From the NCBI GenBank assembly GCA_024137785.1, contig JAHRHZ010000079.1, forward strand, positions 11,650,896 through 11,714,895: DNA of 64,000 bases, read 5' to 3'. A program made the translations under genes and the position numbers. The stretch comes from Ginglymostoma cirratum (Eukaryota). This document shows, one piece after another, positions 1-12,208 of the stretch (its first letter is position 1; each line of letters begins with the position of its first letter). Below the pieces are notes generated by a model that did not search any database, was not told where the DNA came from, and saw only the letters and a list, made by a program, of their open reading frames with translations.

Positions 1-147
1 TTCTTCCCCTCCCCAATTTCTGATGAAGGGTTTAGGCCCGAAACGTCAAGTTTTCCTGCTCCTATGATGCTGCTTGACCTGCTGTGTTCATCCAGCCCCA
101 TGCTTGTTATCTCGGATTCTCCAGCATCTGCAGTACCTTTTATCTCT
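1..147 (+). mobile_element. Penelope-like element (PLE) 3' terminal repeat, cut by the window edge
   Basis: Same sequence family (...cctgctcct[a/c]tgatgctgc[t/c]tg[a/g]cctgctgtgt[t/c]catccagc...) as the terminus attached to the GIY-YIG-coding PLE at 60650-61532. Confidence 0.85.
15..52 (+). ncRNA. Minimal type I hammerhead ribozyme motif in PLE terminus
   Basis: CTGATGA (20-26), stem II ggg/ccc (28-30/37-39), GAAAC-GTC (40-47), stem I aattt/aagtt (15-19/48-52). Matches the minimal hammerheads with palindromic stem III known from PLEs. Confidence 0.7.
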
Positions 148-328
148 AACCTTTTGTACCTAATGCTTTATGATTTACAAATTTGACTTTTCTCAGTTAT
201 TGGAATAATTTTTGCCGTCTTCAGGTTCTCTCGTACAATTCCTGGGCTTTAAAATTTGTAAAAACGATTTTCTTGAACCTCTCTTGCTTGTTTGTGGATT
301 ATAAATCTGTCCTTGTTTGACTCACATG

Positions 329-342
329 CTGCCACCTAGTGA
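329..342 (-). promoter_or_regulatory. CTCF-like motif
   Basis: Minus strand reads TCACTAGGTGGCAG, one mismatch from the CCACYAGRKGGCR core. Motif only. Confidence 0.35.
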
Positions 343-739
343 CATCTCTGAACTTTTCTCATGTTTTGGCAATGCTAAAATAATGAGCCTCAGATATCCA
401 CACAGTGTATTTTAACACCGCAGAAACCCATTTAAAATAAATGAATGTCATTGACAGCATTAAAGTACTGTTTATCAGAAAGTCTAGCCAACATTGTTAC
501 TGTGCTGGGCATTTGAAATCCTAACTTAATCTTCCTGATTAGCAGCTTAATAAGGTTTATATTTTAGGAGAAACTGTCTCTTTTGCTCTACAAAATTTAA
601 CATTATTTTTTGGACTATCTTTCATGTCTGTCCAGGGTTATACATTTTTGTCATTTTCTATGACCTGATTGTCTTTGGTTTTATCTTCCTTCCCAACACT
701 CAGATATCTGATAATTCTGGTCTTTTTGCAAACATGATT

Positions 740-880
740 TTTCAGTTGTCTTCGATTCTAAACTTCAGAATTGTCTCCCTAAACCTCTCAACCTGTTTCT
801 CTTTTCTCTCTCTGCCTTTAAGTTGGTCCTTTAAGATTGCCTTTGTGGGCCAAGCTCTTGATCACTTGTTTTCATATCTC
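740..880 (+). mobile_element. L2 LINE 3' fragment
   Basis: Similar to the 3' part of the L2 copy at ~13905-14020 (gaatt..ccctaaa...ccttt...). Confidence 0.55.
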
Positions 881-917
881 AATGGTCCATTTTCCTTTTT
901 CGTTGTTGAAAATGTTC

Positions 918-2700
918 CTGTGATGTGTCAGTGTTTGAACCATCATAGGAGGAGTATATCATTTTCCTCCAGTCCCATATTCCGTGGGTCATATCACACA
1001 TTTAATTTACTTATGCGATTCCCAATATGTTCAATCATATGCTTTCTCTGTATTCGACTCAAAATAAAGGCCTATCAACTAGTTTCCTTTAATAAACACA
1101 AAATTATTGATTTATTATAAGCAAGAATTGTTCAATAATAGTGCAAAACTGGTTAACAAACTTAATTTGCAGTATAAAAATATAAATAATACATAAATAA
1201 ATAAAATATAAATTTACCCCTCGAAATAACCCAAAACATCCACATAAACAAACAAGCATTTACACACCAGCCCAAGGGGAAAAAAAAATCCACCTACAGA
1301 TATTCACTTTGGAAAGAAAACATTTCTGACCAATAAGTCTCAGTTCTTGAAATCAAAAGAATAAGGATTGAGATATTTAGATGGCTGGCATTTTGGCTAA
1401 CAAAAATGGAAATTACCAAACTCGAGCAGATGTTTCCAATAACTTTTCCATTGCATGTTTCTCAGGAACACGACACAGAGGTTTCTTCTGGACATGTTCA
1501 GGGGGAGAATGAGGATTCAGTCTGCACCAGGGTTCCAGGAATCACACTGATTCTCCATCAGTATTCAAATGAGTAATGAACTTAGTTAACTTGCCCATCA
1601 CCATCTTGCCAATATTTATTCTCAAGGGCATGTCCTCTGAGAACTGAGTAGCCAAATCTATAATAACATAGAAATACTGGTAGGCTGCTTTCATGTTTAG
1701 TGAAGCCCCACATACTCTATTCTACACCCAGCTAAATAGTTCATCAAAATCTGATGTGGGAATTCAAGATGCTAGTTTGGTTACTTTTTTTTTTCACCAT
1801 CTGCCATTAATGGTACATATTACAAAGCTGGAAAAATGTTGACATGTTCATGCTTGCATTTCCTGGATTCTGACATGGCCTGCCGTAGCAATTTCATGGG
1901 GTACCTTCAATATCTCTTTACTGTAATTGAGCGGTACCACTGTCTGGTGAACTACAATCCACTCTTTGTTTGCAACACTGTAATAAAATCTCCATTTCCT
2001 TGTCAGAATCCCAATTTTAATGTGGGAGCATTCTGGGGCTCCGTTGGCATCAATGTCCATTTGAGTCACTGTATTAGTTTATTTACCTCTTGCTACGTCT
2101 CAGAGTACACTAATTGAACATTTCCTTCAGATTAATCAAATTCCCAAAGAAAGTTTAAGATAACCAACCTCTAGTGTCAATTTAATGGCTGGCAATTAAT
2201 ATGTTTAGCTATTGCTTGGATCACTTCATCTGAAGGAAACTATTGTAGAACCATTACCCGTAACTGCTCTATTTCTTTGACCTCACTTGCCCTTTCTGGA
2301 AGCATTAGCACTTACACTCCAGTCAAATTGTTCCCGAGGTGTAAATCAACTCCAGCCACAGATAAACAATGGACATCTACAGTTGTTCCTCAAGATATTT
2401 GATCACACTCCAAGTGTGTCCACTACAAAGATACAGTCGAGGTATCTACTCCCCATTAATACTGTCCTTTTAAATATCAGCATCCAATGTGGTCATTGGG
2501 GCAATGTATTTGCCGACAGGTCAGAAACTCAAAACATTATAGGTGTTTTTAGCCCTTACTTCCAAATTTTTTCAAAAAAAGATAGATTGCTACAGAGACA
2601 AAATAAGTCAATGGGGGGAGGGAGGGGGGGCTGGCCACAATTCTTTATGTGACTGATGGAATGCAACACCGAAGGATGTGAAAGAAACCCAACAGACAGG
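918..2700 (-). mobile_element. Degenerate Gypsy (Gmr1-like) LTR retrotransposon remnant: LTR-like part ~918-1700, gag/protease relics ~2200-2700
   Basis: Minus 2353-2318 translates GVDLHLGNNLTG (cf. the GVDLLLGNDLAG motif after the Gmr1-type protease), preceded by LECDQI. Decayed zinc-knuckle-like segment at ~2635-2675. Boundaries approximate. Confidence 0.5.
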
Positions 2701-4777
2701 ACAGTGATCTCTTGTAATTGCTCCCAAGCTGCAGACATTTTGAGTTTCTCTCTTTGAAGGATACAGAAAAACAGGGGTTAAAAAGTTAGCTTCAAACTCT
2801 GCTGGAGTGTCCTAGTGGCACCAAACGTTCTTGAGGGTGCCAGCCTGGGTTCAAGTTCTGGCGTGCCATGAATGCCACAGTTAAAGAGCTGACTTTTTGT
2901 TGGAGGTAAAGACTCTCTTTTGCTTTGAGTGCTAGAAGGCAGTATTAGCAAGCAGGGGGACAAAAGGGAAAGAGCACAGCAAAATTATTATCTCTCAGTC
3001 AAATTCTGATTGTGTCCAAGTATTTCATCTTCAACTGAATTCTCACTAACTCAACTGAATTACTGTCTAGTTTGTCTCATGCTTCTTCCATTTTCAAATA
3101 ATGTCACTTCAAATATGTCTGCTTTATTGGACTCAGCGTTTAATTTTATGTTCAACATATTTCCCCAATTCTAAAAATTTAGCCCTTTTTTTAGCAAATA
3201 ATTCAGGGATGAATCTCCCATCTCCATAAAAGTCTTAGCAAGAGTCAAATCCATTTTGATTTAACAATGTGCAGGAAACCTGGTGTTTTTCTTTTATTTT
3301 CTTTTTGCAATTATCACATTGTATCAAATTTAGATACAAGAGTTTGTGGTAAACAAGCAGTTATCCAAAGATATGTGACTTTGAAGAACTGCATTGTTTT
3401 ATAATGTTCCACTATCCTTTCATTGACCTGTTTAAAAAACTTCCAGGTCGCCCACAATACTTCAATTTGAAGTCCAAAAAAGTATTAAATATGAAGCCAC
3501 TGGAACTCTTGGGACATTAAAGGCACTCAATAAATGCACATTTTTGTTATTGACTTGGGCTGTCTGATGCTATTGATGCCAGACAGCTTCCCATACCTTG
3601 ATCAAGTGTGTCATTTTCATATTTTAAGTCTGGACAACATATTCCTGAATGCAAATTGATCACATCTTAGGTAAGCTCAGTTCATTCTTAACTGACATCT
3701 ATTCCGGCATTTCTTGGCTGATTCATAGGATAACACCATGAAATACTGAGGATACTGAGGACACTGATGACACTTCTATACCTGTCCAGCAAACTCAACA
3801 CAACCTAGAGATTGAGCCGAAGATTTGCCAATTTTATGTACCACATTAGATGCCTCTTAAAACTCCATCCAGCAGAACATTCTGTTTAGTTCTGCTCACT
3901 AATATTCTTCATTTTCAGAAGTGTCCTCTTTATTTAAAGTAATTCTGTTCCACCCTTCTCTGCAAGCAGTTTAAATAGTTGTTTCCCATTTCAAGTTTGT
4001 TATCAAATTAAGCATTATAATCGGTGATTAATGAGGTTTAAGATGGTAAAAGCCTTTAGCAGTTTAAGGAAGTAATTTGCTGTCTGCCTTCTGTGTGATA
4101 GAGAGAGATTGGATAAGAAACCATGCCACATGCTGTAACTGGATAGTGTTGAGATTTCTTTGCAGTTTTGATTTATATAAAGAAGATGTGAGTGGGATGA
4201 ACAAACTTTTGTGTTTATTTCTTACTGGAAATACAGGATTACAAGGGATTTGAACGGGATAGGAAGTATAGAGTCAATTGAGAGCGCAACTTTCATTTAA
4301 ATTGGACCAGAAAGGCAATTTGATATTATCTGAATAGGGATTAAATTTGATAAGTGCTTCAAGATTGTATTGTGCAGTGTGAAAGATATGAGTGCCCTCT
4401 TAAAATGCTTAAGTTATGATGTTCTCACTTTCTGGTGAACCTAGCTATTTGGTAGGAAAAATAATCAACCAGGTTTGCTCCCGCCAAAGCCCAATAAGTA
4501 AACCTGTACAGAAAGCATACACTGTTGTGCGTTAGACCTCAAGAGGATTGGACAGATCCTGCTTGTGCTTCAGATCCAGCCAGATTTGAAGGAAAATGGT
4601 AAATTGTGGAAATGAAGGATGTACTTTTTTTTGCAGTTATCATTTCTAGGCTGCCTTGATTAGCCTAATTAACAGCTGAGTCAGAGAGGCAATAAAATCT
4701 AAAGCCTGATTGCTGTCTGACTTGGCTGAAGAGACCTCACCGAGGGTGCTATCATTGACTGATGGTGCAATCTCTGA

Positions 4778-5096
4778 TTTACTGCAGAAATTCACCAAGG
4801 CTCCTAAGTCAAACATCTTTCAAACCCAGAAACACTGCCATCTAGAAACACAACTGCAGCAGATACATGGGAACATCACTGCCTGCAAGTTCCCCTCCAA
4901 GCCTGAATTGGAAATATGTCACTGTTCCTTCAGTGCCACTGGGTCAAAATCTTGGAATTCCTCCCTCATGGCACTGTGGATAACAATGGTTCTAAAAGGC
5001 AACTCACTACCACCTTCTCATGGGCAACCAGGGATGGGCAATGAATGCTGCCCCAGCCAGTGTCATCCACATCCCAAGAATCAATTAAAATAAAAA
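4778..5096 (+). mobile_element. CR1/L2-group LINE 3' end whose tail is shared with the local SINE
   Basis: Ends ...gggatgggcaatgaatgctgccccagccag...catcccaagaat plus A-rich tail; homologous to 38330-38620 and to the SINE tail at 7068-7125. Confidence 0.75.
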
Positions 5097-6189
5097 TAGA
5101 TTAAAGCTCACAGTCAAGTTTTCTACAGGACTCATTGAAATTAAGGCGATAAGGGTGCTCATGACTCTGCAGTTTAGCACTGAGATATAAATTGCAGAAA
5201 AGTCAAGGAGGGGTAATACGTCATTGGGATGTGTTGAACTTGAATTCGTCTTATTCTATCTACATTCAACTCTACTGACCTTTCAAACATCATGCTACTT
5301 AGAATACTACCAAACCTGATTAATATATGTTTATCGCGTGTATGACCCTGTAACGATCTAGCTAATGTCACTACCAGACAATTCGGATTCCAAACTGAAA
5401 TCTGGCTTGATAGATTATATTTTGTTCGGTTTACTGAGGTGGTCTTTCACTGAAACGCTAACATGTAAAGCTGCAGATTTGGTTTTGACATTGAAACAGA
5501 AGTTCTTTTATGCAGATAAAATAAAAAGACTAATTACTTATAACACAAATCGAAAGATTATGAAACACATGGTAAAATACAGTCCCAACTATCTGAACAC
5601 CACCTGTTTACAATACTCAAAAGCAGAGAGAAATCACCTCTCTTATTGATTTGTCTTAACTGTTGCCTTCAATTCCCAGTCTTGAGAATTTGATAGCCTC
5701 TTTCTTGATCATTCATGTAATCAAACTTTGGTTTTCTCAGCTTCAAATCATCCTGTCAGAGTACAAACCAAACATTTCTAGTCTGCAACTTCCGAACAAA
5801 AACCTTTACATTAAGGTAACCTATTTCTTAGCTGTTCTAAATTAACACATTCCTCCAATGGAAACTGTTGCTTACATCTAACTTCAACTAGGACCTCTGC
5901 AAACTGAAACCGAAAGCTTTACAAACATGTTTTCCCCTAAGCAAAATATAATAATTTCTCATCTTTCTGAACTGAAAGCAAGCAAATAATTTCCACTGTT
6001 TGCTTCATCCAGATGTAAAACTCTCTCAATGCGGGCAAATACAAGCTGTCACTCCAGGAGCTCTCTCTCATACTGGTTTAAAAAATAACATGGCTCCAGA
6101 AATACTGACAAGTTCATTGTAACTCAGAGAAACAAACCAAAGCCTGCCATTAGTTCAAAATTGAAATTCTGAACTAAATGACTTTATCG

Positions 6190-6254
6190 GTGTGTGTGTG
6201 TATGTGTGTGTCTGTGGGTGTGGGTCTGTGTGTGTGGGTGTGTGCGCGCGCGCA
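6190..6254. repeat. Imperfect (TG)n-(CG)n microsatellite
   Basis: Directly visible dinucleotide run ending tgcgcgcgcgcac. Confidence 0.9.
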
Positions 6255-6400
6255 CGGATATAGCACTCCTTACTTCACAACCCTGGCTGTTGCAATGTAA
6301 CATTCCAGATGCTGGTGATACATTGCATTCTAGATGCTGAACAGACTATTTAATTACCAGGCATCCCTGGAAATATGGTGCGCATTTTATAGTGCTAGAC

Positions 6401-6638
6401 AAAATAAAAACCAAAAGAACTGCGGATGCTGTAAATCAGGAACAAAAACAAAGTTGCTGGAAAAGCTCAGCAGGTCTGGCAAAATCTGTGAAGGAAAAAA
6501 CAGAGTTAACATTTCAGGTCTGGTGACCCATGCCCAGAACCTTCTGAGGAAGGGTCACCGGACCCCAAACGTTAACTGTGTTTTTTCTTTCACAGATGCT
6601 GCCAGACCTGTTGAGCTTTTCCAGCAACTTTGTTTTTG
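6401..6638. mobile_element. Fold-back non-autonomous PLE derivative with 14-bp TSD
   Basis: Arms 6441-6539 and 6542-6640 are inverted (87/99 identical); flanking direct repeat ttatagtgctagac at 6387-6400 and 6639-6652; arm sequence matches the PLE terminus at 24090-24190. Confidence 0.85.
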
Positions 6639-6786
6639 TTATAGTGCTAGACGTTTGTATGCCCACATAACATTTTGAGAGAAGAGCGTTATTTTCTGAG
6701 GCACCTTTATTTGGTAAGCAGGAAAGGTTTTCATTGCTATTCCAATTGCTGCAAATGGAAGGGCAATGCTGCTTTAAAACAAGGAA

Positions 6787-7125
6787 GGCGATGGCCTAGC
6801 GGTATTATCATTGGAATGTTAATTCAGAGACCCAGATAACATTCTGGGGACCTGGCTTCAAATCCTGCCACAGTAATTGAATTCAATAAATATCTGGAAT
6901 TAAGAATCTAATGATGACCATGAATCCATTGCCGGTTGTCTGGAAAAACACATCTGGTTCACTAATGTCTTTTAGGGAAGGAAATTGCCATCCTTACCTG
7001 GTCTGGCCTACATGTGACTCCAGACCCCCAGCAATGTGGTTGACTGTTAACTACCTGCTGGGCCATTAGGGATGGGCAATAAATGCTGCCTCGCCAGCGA
7101 CGCTCTAATCCCAAGAATGAATAAA
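6787..7125 (+). mobile_element. tRNA-derived SINE, near full length
   Basis: A-box-like tggcctagcgg, B-box-like ggcttcaaatcc; other copies at 22268-22523 and 57880-58192; LINE-derived 3' tail. Confidence 0.85.
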
Positions 7126-7419
7126 GGGAAAAAAGAAGGCTTGCAGCATTTGAAATTGAAGTGGGATGGAATGTCACCAGATAGCATCTACAGGAAGAAA
7201 AGTCCCCAGAGTTTTAGAAACATTTAGATAGAGAGGAGAAAGATGAAAGAATACCTATCCACCACAAATGGCTAGAATCCCTAGAGAAGAGTTTTAGGGC
7301 AAGCAGTAGGAGGGACGTGGCTGAGCTACTTAGTGCCCCTTCTACCATTCAGTGTGTTGTGCTTGAAAATATTCACTGAACTGGCAGGTTCATGAAGGTA
7401 AATGGCGTCAATGGTATCC

Positions 7420-7545
7420 ATGCTCATCTATACAGAATGTGAGATAAGTGGTTAATCACTAAACCTCCTGCATGCTCACTGTGTTATGAAGATTAGATGA
7501 ATATTAGATATCTACTCCTAAACTCCCCATTCGAAGCACAGTCTT
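7420..7545 (+). mobile_element. Possible relic of a non-LTR ORF2 C-terminal CCHC knuckle
   Basis: Fragments translate AHLYR...PACSLC...NIRYLLLNSP, resembling H-L-x-R...C-x2-C...H-L-L-x-x-C-P. Frameshifted and weak. Confidence 0.3.
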
Positions 7546-8109
7546 GCCCTACTATTCAGCTGTCCTGCATCCCAGTACTGGAGAACAATGTTGGCATTCT
7601 GGAACTGAACAAGGAGAATTGCGTTTTGAAAGCATGCTGTATCTGCAGACACTTGGGTGAAAGTCAAGGTTTCATCAGTAAAGCTGGATCTCAATGGTCC
7701 TTGAAAAGACAAGGCCACTTATGATGAACAGTAAAGAAGCCTCATGAAGAGGAACAGCTCCAATCAATCACATAGTGTGTATGAACAGGAAATCCTTCAA
7801 TTTCTCAGCTGTCAGGGATGGGGAAATTGAGGGAGATGGTAGGAACAGGCTAATGATGGAAGAGTTTGTCTACTGTCTAATGAGATACGTAGAGATTGGC
7901 ATTGGCATTAATAACAAGATTGCAAATCATTGCTATGTTATATACTATATATATATTCCACAGTCAATCTATTATCCACCCAAAGGTGTTTCCCTAGTTA
8001 AGTCACCCCCCATCCCTTCCCCTGCAATATGTGTGCATTGGTGAGAACATTAGCTGGACCATCATAGCCAAAACCATATTTATGGCACCTTGTTTTCTGG
8101 AGCACTGAC

Positions 8110-8370
8110 TCAAGTACACCCCTAGGACGGTGTAATTAGAAAGACAGAGGGGACATCACATAATTTCTTACCAAGTGCTATTGAAAAGAAGGATCTGGGG
8201 GAGAAAGGAAATGAGCCACTTGGGTCTCCCTAAAGTGCGTATTCAGCTGATATGTCCCAATCTTGGGCGCCAGGACTTGAAAGCCGAATAATGAGGGGAC
8301 ATCAGTCTTGCCCACATTCAGTTGAAGAGGTTTCCATGATTTTAGAGATAGTGGAAACGTTTCAGATTTC
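8110..8370 (-). mobile_element. Possible ancient L2-type reverse-transcriptase relic
   Basis: Minus 8327-8301 translates LQLNVGKTD (cf. L-x-L-N-x-x-K-T-E), with VLGVYL further downstream near 8110-8128. Confidence 0.3.
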
Positions 8371-11300
8371 CAGTGTTTGCAACTGCAACACAGTGGAAGG
8401 AGTATGTCAGTTTAAGCTGTTTAGTTTGGGGAAAGCATCCAGTAGATGCCTGTAACAGCCAATATCAAAATGGGGTTCTATTTAAATCATTCCAGAGTGA
8501 TAGCTACAATTGCCTCAGCGGATTTCTTGCAAGACATCCTCAACAGCATCGTAGCTCGGAAATTTCAGAACTTAATCGGGAACTGTGTGGTTAAATCCCA
8601 TCAGTTTGATTCACCTTCGTTCAGCATTAGTAGGTTGCACAGAGTGGTGACAAAAGTTGCTTTTCTTCAGGGTCAAAGGAGGCCTTTCAACAACAGTTAC
8701 AATAAGAAAACTATCACATCAGATGATGGATTCTCGAGGAGAATTATTTCACCCAATGTCTGACACTCTCATCAGACAAAACTTGAGGATGTTGAGGTGG
8801 CAGGAATTAGTTCACTATTTGAGAAAAAAATCTTCAAATAAATTCAAAATTCTGTTGCATTATGAGGAAAAATCAATTTGTAAATGTGTACAACTTGAGT
8901 AGAGAGATTCTCATGTTGACTAAAAGCTCAGGAGCTTTTGAGAATTATATCACTATTGAGCCAATGAAGAAAATCAAAGGGAGGTTTATGAAGTAAGGCT
9001 TCAGTCATTAGACCTCGTTGAGCCTGTTTCATGATAATTGGCGCAACAAAATGCAATTTGTATCCACGTGTTTGTCATGTTTCTTCTGTGTAATTTATTG
9101 AAAATAGTTGATGATGATTAAGCAAGCTTAATTTATCAAGCAAGCTGCTCGATAACTCTTCTTCATCTCTGCAACCTCCTCATTTTCTGGCACTGGAGAA
9201 AATCTCTGGTTCTTCTGCTCTTTGTTGGAATGTATTTGTTTACATAGACTTTTCAGCCTGACTAAGATATTTACATACCACAAGATATGGCAACACTGTT
9301 GTGAAGCCCCACCAGGCATCTTCATCAAGATTAAATTCGACCTCATCATAATTCTTATTGTTTGAAGGGACTAATTAGGGTTATAATAATTTTGGAAGAT
9401 AACGTGAAATGGGTGATAATGAATTAGAATTACAACAGTTTTATGAGAAAAAGCAGGTAATTGTATTTCACTTAGGAATGGAGACTTTAGTCATGAAGCT
9501 GAGACCGGAGTATTAAAAAAAGCAGCCAGGCACTCCAAACCATGTCTGACTGCACAGGACATTCCTGCCTGATGGGGCACCATTATAAGCCCCCATTGCT
9601 GAAACCGGCTTTCTCCTGGAAGAAATCTCTGAATTCCTTGACAAGCCCTAGTACCACTTGTCTGAAAATCCAAAATGTCTGCAAAACTCCTCCCATAAAA
9701 CAACACCAATACTTCCATTAACTCTGTACCAGTAAAAGAAATTCAGACGTGTGTCCCCTGAAAGTGGATTACTCGCCCTTTAAACACGTCAGGGGAGGTT
9801 CTTTGAATAACTGAGAACACTGAGAATAACTGAGAATTATGAGAGGATGTTAATTGGTCTTGTGGAGTTCAAAATGGCAGGTCATGTGCTGGAAACAGGC
9901 AAAATGAGGGGTTGGTGACACCATTCTCCAACACTGACCTGGGTCTGTGTTGTAGACTTCCCAACACAAACATTGGCAAGCGTATGAGGGTGAAGTGGAA
10001 TGTCCGAATATTAGGTTTGAGCTCTGATTACTGCTAGGTCAATGATTAGATCGTTGTGCAGTGAGAAATTCAAAGTTGGTGCAAGATGCCATTTGAAAAT
10101 GTATTCACTGACCTTGACCTCCAGTCATTGAAATTCTTCCAGCGCTGCAGCCAGGTCCTGGGGTCAGTGTCCAGAAACTGTCTGAGCCTCCCTGTTGCCC
10201 CATCATTCTTCTTAGGGTAGGTCTTCAGGACCTCCTCACCTTCTGCAGGACCATGGCATCAATCCTCCCTTTTACCTCCATCATTAATACTCCAGTGTCA
10301 CATCGGAAAAATGGGATACTCACTGTTTGGCCTGTAGCACCATTTGCTGTGCTTTTTCTTCTGGGCAGATCTCCATAGACAGATACAGCAGGGCCTGTTC
10401 CATGAGTGTTGAGCCATTTAGGAGAGCCAGGCTGACTTAAAGGGCTCGGGAGTAGTTGTGCATCAGTCCAGTCATTGCTGAGCTCCCTGAGTAGACAGTC
10501 AGCAGCATGTTTTGCTCTGGCCTGCATACCAGAATAATTTAGATTTAAAAGGTCACACCGCTCAGAAGGAAAGAAATAACTGAAGCGGAATACTTTAAAC
10601 AGTTGCCAACCAGTATGTGAGACCAGTTGGTAATAGTTGAACCTGGTGTTGGGGAAGTTATGGCTTTTGCTTGCTGAAAATAGTTGACACTGATGGTGAC
10701 CAGTCAGGTATAACCAGTTGGAAATGATCGACATTGATTTAACCCAATCAAATGATGTTGTCATTTTTAAAACATTTCAGGTTGAACAAATCTTAAGTAA
10801 AAGAGGATCCACAAACTCATTTCTAATGAATTAAAGCCGTGAGTGTCATGGTGCTTACAATCCTTGAAAGTCCAATTGAGAAACTGAAAGCAATGCTGAC
10901 CCTTAGTGTAGGTTTCAGACTTTTATTGGGAAAACACATTTAAATTCAACATTTCATAAACCAAACAAAAAAGTTTTTCTTTAATTTACACGTAGCCCAA
11001 TTAATTTCAAGGACACATTGCTCCTTCTTGCGATCTTGTGTTAAATGGATAAACGCTTTTTAAAATAAGTTCCAAATTACATTTACTCTCTGTGGGGTTG
11101 GTGGGTGAAGTATCCTGGTGGGTTGTGAGAAGGAAAGAATTAAACAGTCTTCTACTGAATTTGTCCAACAAAGCACTAAACATGTTCCAATATAACTCCT
11201 GAACAATCTCAATTGAGTTTAAGTAAATCAATAAAGCAGTTGCAAATCTGTCTTCTAAATTAACTACTTAATGATCTCTCATTATATTCCTCTACAAATT

Positions 11301-11959
11301 CCTGCAACACAAATAAAAGTAAGTTTTTTTCCCAAGCCAGTGGCTGCATGACTAGAACTTTATAGATTGTTGACTACAGGCTGAATGATACAGGCAATCT
11401 CTGGGTTGCAAGCAGGTTCCATTCCTGAGTCTATTCACAGATTGACTTACACACGTGCAACTTACACGTTGCAAGACAATATAAAGCAGCCATTTGTATA
11501 TACAGGAAACATTCATGTTTCACATGTCTAAAATTACACTCTTGTATGGTTTCATGATTGTAAGTCAGGCATTTATAAATTGGAAACCATCTGTATCTCT
11601 CTGTCTGCACAAGCAACTACACTTTATGGAGCTGGTTTCTTACTTTCATACTCATCAACTCTGCTGAGTGTCATTCACAAAGGGGAATTAGGTCTCCGCT
11701 TCTGGCCAGTCAGCACGCAGCAGGGTCGGGATCTCAATAGGTGGGGCCAGGAGCAGGAACCAAACAAACAGCTAACCAATCAGTTTTTCGGATGGGAACC
11801 AAGGTGAGAAGTTGGGCGAGGGGTGGGGGAGAGGTTTATGCCTCTGTCTCACCAGCAGCAATGACTGAATCAAAAGTGAAAGTTAAAACTCTTAACATAG
11901 GCTGGTACTGCAATTACCAGTCCTGGGCATCCCCTATGCCCAGTCTTTGGTAACCTCAA

Positions 11960-12208
11960 GGAGGAGAAATCTCTTCACCCAGGGAATGGTGATCCAGTGA
12001 AATTCTCTGCCACGGACTGTAGTTGAGACCAAAACATTGAATGTTTTCAAGAAGAATATTGATACAGTTCTTAGGGTTAAAGGGATTAAAGAGTATGGGG
12101 AGAAAGCGGGACAGGGTGCTGAGTTGGATGATAAGCCATGATCTTATTGAACAGCAGAGCGGGTTCAAAGGGCTGAATGACATACCTCTGTTTCTATTTT
12201 CTATGTTT
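11960..12208 (+). mobile_element. CR1 LINE 3' end
   Basis: RRNLFTQ.MV...NSLP-like ORF2 end followed by a CR1-type 3' UTR (gggctgaatga...tttctatgttt). Confidence 0.85.

Noticed and set aside
3742-3774. Short tandem repeat (gatactgag-like; a similar one at 9806-9844) as a CRISPR-like array
   Set aside because: Contiguous 9-10-mers without spacers; ordinary slippage repeats in eukaryotic DNA.
6787-6870. tRNA gene
   Set aside because: The A/B boxes belong to a SINE head; no cloverleaf, and it continues into SINE body.
9409-9462. ATG in good Kozak context encoding MGDNELELQQFYEKKQ followed by CAG|gtaatt
   Set aside because: Too short to identify, no promoter or CpG island, and no downstream exon could be linked.
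9746-9795. Crossed complementarity (acgtgt/acacgt, cccctg/cagggg) suggesting a pseudoknot
   Set aside because: Only 6-7 bp helices, zero-length loop 3, single copy.
10225-10764. 179-aa minus-strand ORF
   Set aside because: No recognisable motif or splice context; compatible with a chance ORF.
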